Shown here piece after piece: positions 37,014 through 47,266 of a stretch of DNA of 64,000 bases; the stretch's first letter is position 1, and each line of letters begins with the position of its first letter. The stretch comes from an uncultured Nitrososphaerales archaeon (GTDB lineage Archaea > Thermoproteota > Nitrososphaeria > Nitrososphaerales > Nitrososphaeraceae): assembly GCA_963695855.1 (NCBI GenBank), contig CAVOHZ010000002.1, positions 32,001 through 96,000 on the forward strand, in the 5' to 3' direction. Made by a program: the position numbers and the translations under genes. The notes beneath the pieces were generated by a model. That model saw only the letters and a program-made list of their open reading frames with translations, had not been told where the DNA came from and ran no database searches.

Positions 37014-37958
37014 GGCTCTGTAGAAACCATCATAGCTAGCAACATTCTACCATTAATTATTGAACAAACAACAATCAAAATATGTTAGATTAGCAGATCA
37101 ACTATTACGTATTCTCAAACATTGCAGAATTCCATTATATATGCATAGAAAGAGCAATCACATTTACACAGTATGGCAACACATAGTACTTGTTACAATA
37201 AGACAGTATGAAGGTAAGAGTTATCGAATGTTTACAGACTGGCTTGTTGAAGCATACTATTTGAGATTGTTTTTACAACTATCCAAAATACCACATTATA
37301 CAACATTACAGAAATTCACAGATAGAATCAACATCATGAAGCTTGGAAAGATAATATCATCTTTTATCTTATTCACAGGAACAAGACGCATATTTACTGG
37401 CATAGATTCGACTGGATTCAAAATAACATATGCGTCAGAATATTATACGAATAGAGCCAAATTGAGAAGGAAGAAATATGCTAAATTATCTATTGGTGCA
37501 GATGTTCTAAAACAGATATTCTGCAAGGTCAAGGTAAGACGAGCTCCAACAACAAGACATGACAATATGGATTTCAAACCTATTGTAACAAAAATATCAA
37601 AAATAAAACCATTATCGGTAGTTGTAGCGGATAAAGCATATGATAGCGAAGATAACCATGTACTTGTAAGAGAGAAACTACATGGATTCAGTATCATGCC
37701 TCCAAGATATGAACAAGTACCAGTATGGAAAACTCGTGGTAAATATAGAAAGGAGATGAAACGTGGATACAACAAGATTCTATACAATCAAAGAAACAAG
37801 GATGAAACTATGGTATCTGTCATAAAAAGACTGTTTGGGGAACATATCACATCCAAACTTGTGAGAATGCAAAATAGAGAATTGATATTCAGATGTATAG
37901 CATACAATACTCACAGAATGGTGAAGTTGGTTGTTATAGTAATGGTTTCTACACAGCC
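37014..37958 (+). mobile_element. IS5-family insertion sequence
   Basis: 17-bp TIRs GGCTCTGTAGAAACCAT / ATGGTTTCTACACAGCC; 7-bp TSD ATTTTGT. Confidence 0.9.
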
Positions 37959-37986
37959 ATTTTGTTTAATATTATATATATTATAA
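37060..37986 (+). CDS. IS5-family DDE transposase
   Basis: IPHYTTLQKF, GIDSTGF, ADKAYDSE, YNQRNKDET..S.IKRLFGE. Confidence 0.92.
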   Translation: MNKQQSKYVRLADQLLRILKHCRIPLYMHRKSNHIYTVWQHIVLVTIRQYEGKSYRMFTDWLVEAYYLRLFLQLSKIPHYTTLQKFTDRINIMKLGKIISSFILFTGTRRIFTGIDSTGFKITYASEYYTNRAKLRRKKYAKLSIGADVLKQIFCKVKVRRAPTTRHDNMDFKPIVTKISKIKPLSVVVADKAYDSEDNHVLVREKLHGFSIMPPRYEQVPVWKTRGKYRKEMKRGYNKILYNQRNKDETMVSVIKRLFGEHITSKLVRMQNRELIFRCIAYNTHRMVKLVVIVMVSTQPFCLILYIL

Positions 37987-38312
37987 TTTTTTATATAAAT
38001 GATTTTTGTGAATTATATGTTGGGATGAGAAAAAAGATACAAAGGGGTTTTTGTTATCTAGTGAAAAGCATATGTTAAATCTTAATTTGATGACAATGAT
38101 TCACATAATTATTTTTTATAATATCATATAACTATGTATTGAAAATGTATTATATTATCGGTAATAATTCTATCTGAATAATAAGTTTTATTTTGTTTAG
38201 CTCTGATGAACATTTTACCTACTGGAGCCTTTGGGATATTAGATATCTTAGTTAAATAAATAAGTAAAAATATTATTTTAAAAGAAATATAAGGATTATT
38301 GCAATGTGTGTA

Positions 38313-39572
38313 TTAGCTAACATTTCTTACATATAGCATCTTTCTGCAGATGTGTCTTTATCACCAGTAAAGTATCCTTTACCTTGCCCATCACATAAAG
38401 TTGCTGGAGTTGCTCCAAGATTTTTAATTGTATTTGATACGTCTGAAGGAGACGCATTTGGATGTGATGAAAGGTAAAGTGCAACAGATCCGGTTACATA
38501 TGATGTAGCCATACTTGTTCCACTGAGTTGCAAAAGAATTCGATTTATAGGTAGAATTGATACTTACACCTGAAGCTGCTATATCTACTACATTGCCATA
38601 GTTACTAAATGATGCCAGCAAATCATCTTTACCATAATTAGAAGAAACTTCAGATGCACCACATTTGGTATCTGTATCTACAATCCCTGAAACTGCAATA
38701 ACATTGGGATGATTTGCAGGCGAAAACGAAGAAGCATCTTTGTCGTCATTTCCTGCCGCGACTACAAATGTAACATCAGCATTGACTGCTCCATTAATGG
38801 CCGTATTCAACGCAGATGATGTACATTGACAACCCAGGCTCAAATTAACAACTTCGACTTTACCTGCATTTGCAGTTACATAATCTATTGCTGAAATTAG
38901 AGATGATATTGAACCGGATCCACTGTCATCTAAAACCTTCAAAATTCCATAATCGTGTTCCAGGTGCTACCCCTACAACTCCAACAGTATTATCCTTTGC
39001 AGCTGCAGATCCAGCTACATGAGTTCCATGACGATTTTTATCAGTAGCAAGATATGAATTTCCGGTAAAGTCATTCTGTCTAAAAATATTCAAATCCTGG
39101 TGATTATATATTCCAGTGTCAAGTATTGCTATATCGGCATTGACCCATCCCAAGATTTAGTGAAACTTTGATCTGCATCTATTCTGTTTATACTCTTTGG
39201 TAATGTTTGAGCAAATGATTAAATCTTTTGATCCTGCTCTACGTACTTTACATTTGGATCTTGTCTTATTTTATTCAGTTCTTCTTAGGTATTAATTTTA
39301 ACGACTGACGCTTTAATGGAATTTTGAAAAATATTTAAAATATCATCTTTGAAGGTACTTGTTTCTATCCTTTTCACTATCTGCTTTATCATATAGTTGG
39401 GATTCTTGATATTCTCCCTGAAAACTACTATTGTCATCGTTGCCAGCAGAAGAAGGTGATGATGGTTATGATGATTGTGCATAGATCTCACTTGAAATCG
39501 ATGGGACTAAAAAAAATGCAAAATAACCCATTGACATTATAAAACAAACGAGACCTTTTTTACTTTTTTCAA
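38313..39572 (-). pseudogene. Secreted subtilisin-like (S8) protease, multiply frameshifted
   Basis: Fragments with ILDTG, HGTHVAG, AAGN, SGTSMA in different frames; prodomain remnant (DPNVKYVEQD). Confidence 0.88.
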
Positions 39573-39837
39573 TATTTATTTGCTTAAATTATAAATATTT
39601 AGGAATTCTCATATTTATTATCAAAAATTTGTTACATTTTCAAGTATTAACATACTTTTAGTAATTTAACTTGTTGAATATACTATTTCGATGGTGAGTA
39701 GCACATTATTCATGTTATAAAAAGCTGGATTAATACTTCTATTTAAACATTCATAATCTTACAAGTCTTGATAATAATCTTGCGCAATTGGGAGGACATT
39801 AGATTTTTATATGAAATAAACGAAAAAATATTATCTT

Positions 39838-40266
39838 TTGTCAACTAACATAAATAAGTCTATAAAGAATAAAAGTGAACTATCTGAACAGGTATTTCAT
39901 GCTATAGCCGATAGCGGAGAAAACGGAGTCTTCCAAACTGAACTTTGTAAATCTTTTTCAATAGATAGCAGAGATGGGTCTAGGTTAGTAGGAAATTTGG
40001 AAAAACAGTCTTTGATCTCAAGAGAAAAAATATTGTATAAAGGAAGATGGACATACAAGTTGATAGTAAAAAAGATACCCCAATTAAAAGAAGTAGACAA
40101 GAAACCTATTGAAATAGATAGTGTAGAAGGAGCACCTTGTTTTAGTTGTTCCTATCAGCATTTATGTTCTACTGAAGATGAAATGAGTCAATATAGTCCT
40201 TCCAGATGTAGTTGGATTGAACAATGGGTAATAATTGACTCTAAAAAACGAGGAGAATCAAACTAG
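39838..40266 (+). CDS. TFE-beta / RPC34-like winged-helix protein with C-terminal Fe-S motif
   Basis: wHTH (GVFQTEL...SRDGSRLV..LE..SLI.REK) plus PCFSC-x5-C...SPSRC.WI.QW. Confidence 0.8.
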   Translation: MSTNINKSIKNKSELSEQVFHAIADSGENGVFQTELCKSFSIDSRDGSRLVGNLEKQSLISREKILYKGRWTYKLIVKKIPQLKEVDKKPIEIDSVEGAPCFSCSYQHLCSTEDEMSQYSPSRCSWIEQWVIIDSKKRGESN

Positions 40267-40304
40267 TTATCAAATAAAGCAGTTTTACATAGTTCAAGAA
40301 ATGG

Positions 40305-40823
40305 TTATAACCTGCTATCAAATTTTTTTTCTATTATAACAAAAGCAGATTCAATTTGACTTGTTCCATTAACTTTCCAATCAATATCATCATCTACCAA
40401 TATAGATGAATGTTTTAATAATCCTTCAATTAATTTTAGATTAGAATTAGTTGGTTGGAGTATTATAGAAGACTTTAACGTTGTATTTTGTTGTGGAGAA
40501 AATTGAGGTCTGCCATTTAATGGAATATCTTCATATGATAGAATACCATGACCCAAGAATTCATCATTTCCAAACAAGTCATATTCTACTTTTGAAGTAG
40601 TTGCAGTTTTATTAGATGGATTATATACATTAAATGATAATAATAATTCTACATTATTAGTATCATTAGAAATATTATTTATTGTTACATTAGCTAGCTT
40701 GAAATCTATCGCATCAGCGTCAGGGGAACTGACATAATATTGAATTCTTGGAAGAAAAATTATCGTTAATGCTATGACGGATATTACCCCAAATAGAATT
40801 ATTCTTCTTTTACTAAAGAACAT
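40305..40823 (-). CDS. Membrane-anchored LEA type 2-like protein
   Basis: N-terminal TM, FNVYNPS...TTSKVEYDL. Confidence 0.6.
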   Translation of the reverse strand: MFFSKRRIILFGVISVIALTIIFLPRIQYYVSSPDADAIDFKLANVTINNISNDTNNVELLLSFNVYNPSNKTATTSKVEYDLFGNDEFLGHGILSYEDIPLNGRPQFSPQQNTTLKSSIILQPTNSNLKLIEGLLKHSSILVDDDIDWKVNGTSQIESAFVIIEKKFDSRL

Positions 40824-40930
40824 ATAATACCAAATTTAGAATTCGTAAAGCGAATTAAAATGTTTCTGTAATAATAGCACTAGTCTTATAACTTAAGTAA
40901 TTTATATCATATAAGGCATGTTATTGGGTT

Positions 40931-41431
40931 ATGAATTTAATTGATAGTGTTATAATTTGGATCCATCTTCTCGCTGCTTGTATTTGGATAGGAGGATCAA
41001 TTTTCATTGGTTTGATTCTTGCACCAATGCTAAAAACTATTGGGAACTCAATAGAAGATCGCGTTATTCTAATGATCAAAGTCGGAAGAAGATTTAACAA
41101 ATTTGCATTTCCCTCTTTTTTAATATTAATATTAAGTGGGATATACAATTCTAGATTTTTTTTTGAAGCTCCTAATAATTTTATTACAACTGATTATGGA
41201 ATATTGCTTTTGATTAAAATTATACTAGTCATTATTACCTCTATTTTTTATTTTATTCATATCAAAAGTTTTGGGAAAGATATTGAAAATAAACTGTTAG
41301 AAGATAATGACTCGTTATATGTAAAAGTAATTCGTTCAAAGATAATTAACTATGGAAGAATAACAGTTTTCCTTTCTATTCTTATTCTGTTATTTGCATC
41401 TTTTCTTGATTCTGGTCTAAAGTTAAGATAA
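40931..41431 (+). CDS. CopD-family copper membrane protein
   Basis: WIHLLAACIWIGG, RRF, LSGIYN, YG.LLLIK, H in TM3. Confidence 0.8.
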   Translation: MNLIDSVIIWIHLLAACIWIGGSIFIGLILAPMLKTIGNSIEDRVILMIKVGRRFNKFAFPSFLILILSGIYNSRFFFEAPNNFITTDYGILLLIKIILVIITSIFYFIHIKSFGKDIENKLLEDNDSLYVKVIRSKIINYGRITVFLSILILLFASFLDSGLKLR

Positions 41432-41689
41432 GTCGTGTAAGGAATTCAATAAAAGTAGCACGCAAAATAGGTTTTTTTGGAATAACAACCAAAATTATCA
41501 TCTTGAATATTTTATGGAATATCTGAAAGTCAACCTTTCTACATTCTTATCGGTAATACCTGTACAGTTCAATCAAAGATAACCATCGATTTACTAAATA
41601 TACATATTTTGTGCGTGAATTCTATCCAATTGATCTAGCATCTAGTATGACAAATAGTAGGGTATATTTTGTCATATGTTGTAATAGTA

Positions 41690-41870
41690 GAAGTACTTGT
41701 ATTAGATGCCATTGTAGATCCTTATATTGTCTTTCTGGAAATCGATCTGGCTGTAAAGACTGCCGATATAATTTTGGTGACTTTACAGATACTTATTTGA
41801 GAAATGTTCAAATATCGATGAACACAATCTATTTTATCTTTTTACATTCAGTGTACCGCCAGACAGAATT
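41690..41870 (+). pseudogene. Possible IS1595-family transposase N-terminal zinc-ribbon remnant
   Basis: CIRCHCRSLY...GCKDCRYNFGDFTDTYL pattern. Confidence 0.45.
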
Positions 41871-42029
41871 AGATTTTAAGTTGCTCCTGTTTATCAACAA
41901 AAGAAATAACGTTCAGATCATTAGCATACTCGATATGCAATGAATCTTTAAAGCAGTTAGGCGGTTAAGGTTATCTGGATAGAAATTGATGAAGCATTAT
42001 TTGGTCTTCATAGAAAAGATGAAAAGAAA

Positions 42030-42470
42030 GATGGTACGTAGTTGAGTCCAGTTATATACATGTAATATGTTGCATTCATTTTGCAGACATGGATAATAGT
42101 CATCAAAATATTCTATTTTATCGTTGAAATACTGATTGACTCATTTCATTAGACTTTTCTAAGGAGAATGTAAATAGTGTTTCGATTCATTATGTTGCAT
42201 GCTTCATCATAGAATATACGTTCATCTGAATTTACAGTACTGTTTACATACCTTTGAATCATAGATCTAATGAATTTTTCAGTAACAAGTATTTCTGTCT
42301 TGCTAGATTTGTAAATTCAAAGCACATAACTATGAACTGATTCTATACAAAACCATAGATAAAAGTGCTGACGGCCAATTTGAATAAAAGTTTCATCTAT
42401 ATATAACGAAGGCTTCTACTCTATTCTGTTTATAAATTTGACAGGACCCAAACATTTGATCATATTAAAT
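42030..42470 (-). pseudogene. Degraded IS6-family transposase (paralogue of 61499-62167)
   Basis: Minus strand IDETFIQIGRQHFYLWFCIESVH...EKFIRS...QYFNDKIEYFDDYYPC...HVYNW with stops and frameshifts. Confidence 0.85.
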
Positions 42471-42932
42471 AGAGACACATAAATTATTTTTTTATCTTTA
42501 AAGGGTATTAAAGGGTATTAAAGTTTAGATGTATTACGTATACTTAATTCAAGAAAATATAGATAAAGAATACATTACATAAATAGAACGTTGTTAGATA
42601 TAGCTTTACTGGTTAACTTAAGAGCCTGTCTATAATGTTTTCTAGAGAGCCAAAGTTAGTTTATCTTTTTATAAAGAGAATATAAATTTTATAAATTAAA
42701 TCAAAAAATTATAAAACAAATCTTGTTTTATTTTTTGGAATTGGAAACAAATATGTAACTAGGAAGTAAACAAACTAAGTATTTATCTTCATGATTAGAA
42801 TATCTAAAATCTTATGTAGCAAATTAATATAACATTATCTGTACTTATCTTTAGCAATATTAATTGACAAGCATCATGTGATTGGTATATAACTTAAATT
42901 TTCAAAACTGGAATATGAAGAGACATACGTGA

Positions 42933-43004
42933 TACGGTCACCGGGATTTGAATTTGCCATATATGGGAATTCAGATATCTCGTATTTAGCTTTTTATTAG
43001 GAAA
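42933..43004 (-). repeat. Direct repeat left of the kdp locus with a tRNA-3'-like (att-like) segment
   Basis: Matches 50241-50302; minus strand TTCAAATCCCGGTGACCGTA. Confidence 0.6.
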
Positions 43005-43189
43005 TAGTTATTTAGATGCGACTAAAACAATATAGATTATATAGATTTTAAACTATTTTAGTATTACAATAAATTCAAAATAAATTTATCATTTTTATTT
43101 AGTTAATGTAAAAGAATTGTTCGATATCTTTAAATTAATCCTCACTGTAGCAAAATCCACAAAATCAAGGAATGAATTATGAATAAATA

Positions 43190-44851
43190 TTGGAACAAGA
43201 ACTGATAGAACTTTTAGTTCTGTTGGGAGGAACATTAGTTCTAGCAACTTTTTTTGGAACATATTTAGCTAGAATGATTTCCTATGAAAATAGACCAATA
43301 GAAAAGACACTTGCAATAGTTGAAAACAGATTTTATCGTCTAATAGGAATAGATGTAACTAAACAAATGACCTGGAAAGAGTACTTTTTTGCTCTTTTCA
43401 TAACAAACATGATTGTTGTAATAATGTTTACTTTAATATTTACTTTTCAAGACTACCTTCCTTACTCATCTAATGTAGACCGTTTACCTCTAGATTTTGC
43501 CTTTACTACTGCAATATCATTTATTACAGAAACTAGTCTCCAACACTATATTGGTGAACAACAGCTTTCAATAACGTCACAAATGGTTGCAATAACATTT
43601 ACATTTTTTGTAGTTCCTGCTTCAGGAATTGCTACTGCCTTCGCATTCATTCGTGCATTCATTCGAAAAAATTTTGGTCTTGGAAATTTCTATATTGATT
43701 TTACAAGAATAATTATTACCTTTCTTTTGCCTGTTGCATTTATATCATCACTACTTTTGATGGCAATGGGAGTTCCACAAATATTAGATTCATCAATATC
43801 GATAGACACGCTGGAATCTACAATAGAGAATAATTCTAGTAATACAAATAATAACAATAATAATGGTAAACAAACTATACCTTTAGGACCTGTAGCATCT
43901 CTAGAATCTATAAAATTGATGGGAAATAATGGAGGTGGTTTTTTTGGTGCCAATTCTGCTCATCCCTTTGAAAATCCTTCAGGCTTATCCAATATGTATG
44001 AAATGTTTCTAATGCTAATAATTCCTCTCTCCATTCCAATAGCATACGCAAAGTTAGTAGGTCTTGGAAGAGGATTATCTATTCTTGTAACAATGCTGAT
44101 TGGATTTGGTATCATATTGTCCTTATCTTTATCAGCAGAAAGTGGTCCTCAACTACTAGAAACACGATTTGATAGTTTTGGTAGTGTTTTGTTTAATCTT
44201 GTTTCATCTACAACAGGAACGGGTGCTCTTAATTCGGCATTGGCTGGAATGTCTTCCAATGCTGTTACTTCATTTTTTCTAGGAATGTTTGTTTCGGCAA
44301 TCCCAGGACCTGTTGGTGTAGGTTTTATAACTATGATAATTTACATCATCCTAACACTCTTTATGGTTGGCTTAATGGTAGGAAAGACACCAGAGTTTAT
44401 GAGCATGAAGATTAGCCCTCGAGATATTAAATTAGCTGTACTCATTTTCTTGATTCATCCTATTATTATATTGATACCTACCGTTATTGCATTTGCAACA
44501 GGAAATGCACAACAACTAGTTGGAGAGCAAGTAACTGCAATGGGATTTACTCAAACTCTATATGAATACACTACATCTGCATCAAATACTGGCTCAGATT
44601 ACTTTGGAACATCTGCTGATACTCCATTCTGGAACTGGTCTACCGTCATTGTTATGTTTCTTGGACGTTTTGTACCACTAGGATTAATGCTATATATTGC
44701 TGGGTCATTTACAATCAAAGATAGAAAAGAAGTAATAGAACCAATTAAAACTCATGGACCTTTGTTTATCTCTATACTAGTTGTCATGACATTTCTCTTA
44801 ACAGCACTAGAATTCTTCCCCTTTTTAGTAATGGGACCAATTTCTACTTAA
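43190..44851 (+). CDS. kdpA: K+-transporting ATPase subunit A, divergent-filter paralogue (kdpA1)
   Basis: GPVAS.ESIK, NGGGFFGANSAHPFENP, GLMVGKTPE, LGRF; filters TETSLQ/GNNG/GTGA/NTGS. Confidence 0.93.
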   Translation: MEQELIELLVLLGGTLVLATFFGTYLARMISYENRPIEKTLAIVENRFYRLIGIDVTKQMTWKEYFFALFITNMIVVIMFTLIFTFQDYLPYSSNVDRLPLDFAFTTAISFITETSLQHYIGEQQLSITSQMVAITFTFFVVPASGIATAFAFIRAFIRKNFGLGNFYIDFTRIIITFLLPVAFISSLLLMAMGVPQILDSSISIDTLESTIENNSSNTNNNNNNGKQTIPLGPVASLESIKLMGNNGGGFFGANSAHPFENPSGLSNMYEMFLMLIIPLSIPIAYAKLVGLGRGLSILVTMLIGFGIILSLSLSAESGPQLLETRFDSFGSVLFNLVSSTTGTGALNSALAGMSSNAVTSFFLGMFVSAIPGPVGVGFITMIIYIILTLFMVGLMVGKTPEFMSMKISPRDIKLAVLIFLIHPIIILIPTVIAFATGNAQQLVGEQVTAMGFTQTLYEYTTSASNTGSDYFGTSADTPFWNWSTVIVMFLGRFVPLGLMLYIAGSFTIKDRKEVIEPIKTHGPLFISILVVMTFLLTALEFFPFLVMGPIST

Positions 44852-44870
44852 ATAAAAAGGTGATAAAAAT

Positions 44871-44938
44871 ATGAGAAAATCAAAAAATAGTAACAAATTA
44901 AGATTTAGAAGGAAAATTAACCAATATGATAGTACCAT
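44871..44938 (+). pseudogene. Truncated duplicate of the kdpB 5' end
   Basis: TAAATAAAAAGGTGATAAAAATATG...ACAAATTAA as after kdpA2. Confidence 0.6.
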
Positions 44939-44982
44939 AGTTTTCACATTCATTACTTTCTCAGGTAGGTTATTATAAAATT

Positions 44983-45270
44983 ATGAATGAATCTGAAGTT
45001 GAAGTTAATTTAATGTGTCAAAACTGTCAACATAAAATGTCAATGCATTTACCTAACTGTACTGTATTATCAGATGAGAACTACTCAGCAAAAATTTGTA
45101 ATTGTAATAAGCCTCAATTTTATAATGTGATAATTTCTGGTACATATATAGGTTGGACTCAAATTCACTGTAACAGTTGTGGAAAATTATTAGCATTTAT
45201 TGATAGCATAAATGAAAATATTGATGATTTTAAAATAATGTGTAAACAGTGTATTATCCATAAGTGTTGA
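44983..45270 (+). CDS. Cys-rich zinc-finger protein (95 aa)
   Basis: CQNC.H, HLPNC, CNC, HCNSC, CKQC. Confidence 0.65.
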   Translation: MNESEVEVNLMCQNCQHKMSMHLPNCTVLSDENYSAKICNCNKPQFYNVIISGTYIGWTQIHCNSCGKLLAFIDSINENIDDFKIMCKQCIIHKC

Positions 45271-45608
45271 AGGAAATAAATATTTTAATTGCATAATTTT
45301 TTATTATTTACAAGATAATAGAATATTTTTTTATTTAAATCAAAGAATCATGCAAAGAAAAATAATAAAAGCCTAATAATTTAATCTTTTTAGCAAAATG
45401 TTAATATTTTACACTATAATTAATTCATATAAAGATAATCTAAAAATAGAGAATATATAGAATAAAATTGAGGATAATAGTAAAATAGTAAATTTATATA
45501 AATCTAATGTAACTATATAGATTGTTGTAGCCAGAGTTTCGGTATCTATAAATATCTCCAATAATGTAGGAACATCGACAAAATCAAGGAATGAATTATG
45601 AATAAATA

Positions 45609-47246
45609 TTGGAACAAGAACTGATAGAACTTATAGTTCTGTTGGGAGGAACATTAGTTCTAGCAACTTTTTTTGGAACATATTTAGCTAGAATGATTTC
45701 CTATGAAAATAGACCAATAGAAAAGACACTTGCAATAGTTGAAAACAGATTTTATCGTCTAATAGGAATAGATGTAAGTAAGCAAATGACCTGGAAAGAG
45801 TACTTTTTTGCTTTATTCCTGACCAATATGGTAGTTATGGTTGTTATATTTTTAATATTTACATTTCAAAATTATCTTCCGTCAGATACTCCTGTAGAAG
45901 GTTTTTCAATTGATTTAGCTGTTAATACGGCAGTTTCATTTATTACAAATACTAATATTCAACATTATGCTGGAGACCAACAACTTTCTATTCTTTCTCA
46001 GATGGTTGCATTAACTTTTACTATGTTTGTTGCACCAGCTTCTGCTATTGCTGCTGCTTTTGCTTTCATACGTTCTTTTATAAGAAAGAATTTTGGATTA
46101 GGTAATTTTTACATGGATTTTATAAGAGTTATTTTAACATTATTACTGCCAGTCTCATTTGTTTCTGCATTAATTCTTATGATTATGGGGGTTCCACAGA
46201 CACTAGACTCATCAATAACAATCAATCCATTAGAATCGACAATTAATAATAATAGTACAGCTGAACAACAAATAAATATTGGACCAGTTGCCTCTCTTGA
46301 GTCAATAAAAGAACTCGGTATGAACGGAGGTGGCTTTTTTGGATCAAACTCAGGCCATCCCTTTGAAAATCCTTCAGGCTTATCCAATATGTATGAAATG
46401 TTTCTAATTCTGGTAATTCCACTTGCATTTCCAATAGCACTTGCTAAATTAATAGGAAAAAGACGAGGAATCTCTATTCTTATAACAGTGCTGATTGGAT
46501 TTGGTGTATTGTTATCCTTATCATTCTCTACTGAGAGTGGTCCTCTCTTATTGGAGACTCGTTTCGGTAGTTTCGGTAGTGCATTATTTGATACTACATC
46601 TATAGCTACAAATACAGGTGCAGCAAATTCCGCATTGGCTGGAATGTCCTCCAATGCTGTTACTTCATTTTTCCTGGGAATGTTTATTCAGGCAATGCCA
46701 GGAGCACTAGGTATTGGAATAATGACTATTATAATCTACATACTTTTGACACTTTTTCTTGTTGGTTTAATGGTAGGAAAAACTCCAGAGTTTATGAGCA
46801 TGAAGATTAGCCCTCAAGATATTAAATTAGCTGTACTCATTTTCTTGAGTCATCCTATTCTTATATTGATACCTACCGTTATTGCATTTGCAACAGGAAA
46901 TGTTCAGGCACTGGTTGGAGAGCAAGTAACTGCAATGGGATTTACTCAAGCTCTATATGAATATACTTCTTCTGCAGCAAACAATGGCTCTGATTACTTT
47001 GGAACATCAGCTGATACTCCATTCTGGAATTGGTCTACCGCCATTGTTATGTTTCTTGGACGTTATGTACCACTAGGATTAATGCTATATATTGCTGGTT
47101 CATTTACAATCAAAGATAGAAAAGAAGTAATAGAACCAATTAAAACTCATGGACCTTTGTTTATTTCTGTATTGGCTGTAATGATATTTTTATTGGCTGG
47201 ATTAACTTTCTTTCCCTTTCTGATAATGGGACCAATTTCTATCTAA
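45609..47246 (+). CDS. kdpA: K+-transporting ATPase subunit A, more canonical paralogue (kdpA2)
   Basis: NTAVSFITNTNIQHY, KELGMNGGG, HPFENP, SAANNGS. Confidence 0.95.
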   Translation: MEQELIELIVLLGGTLVLATFFGTYLARMISYENRPIEKTLAIVENRFYRLIGIDVSKQMTWKEYFFALFLTNMVVMVVIFLIFTFQNYLPSDTPVEGFSIDLAVNTAVSFITNTNIQHYAGDQQLSILSQMVALTFTMFVAPASAIAAAFAFIRSFIRKNFGLGNFYMDFIRVILTLLLPVSFVSALILMIMGVPQTLDSSITINPLESTINNNSTAEQQINIGPVASLESIKELGMNGGGFFGSNSGHPFENPSGLSNMYEMFLILVIPLAFPIALAKLIGKRRGISILITVLIGFGVLLSLSFSTESGPLLLETRFGSFGSALFDTTSIATNTGAANSALAGMSSNAVTSFFLGMFIQAMPGALGIGIMTIIIYILLTLFLVGLMVGKTPEFMSMKISPQDIKLAVLIFLSHPILILIPTVIAFATGNVQALVGEQVTAMGFTQALYEYTSSAANNGSDYFGTSADTPFWNWSTAIVMFLGRYVPLGLMLYIAGSFTIKDRKEVIEPIKTHGPLFISVLAVMIFLLAGLTFFPFLIMGPISI

Positions 47247-47266
47247 ATAAAAAGGTGATAAAAAAT

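Noticed and set aside
42498-42523. Short tandem duplications (TTAAAGGGTA x2; also about 6975-7008 and 51877-51917)
   Set aside because: Two-copy slippage duplications with no supporting context
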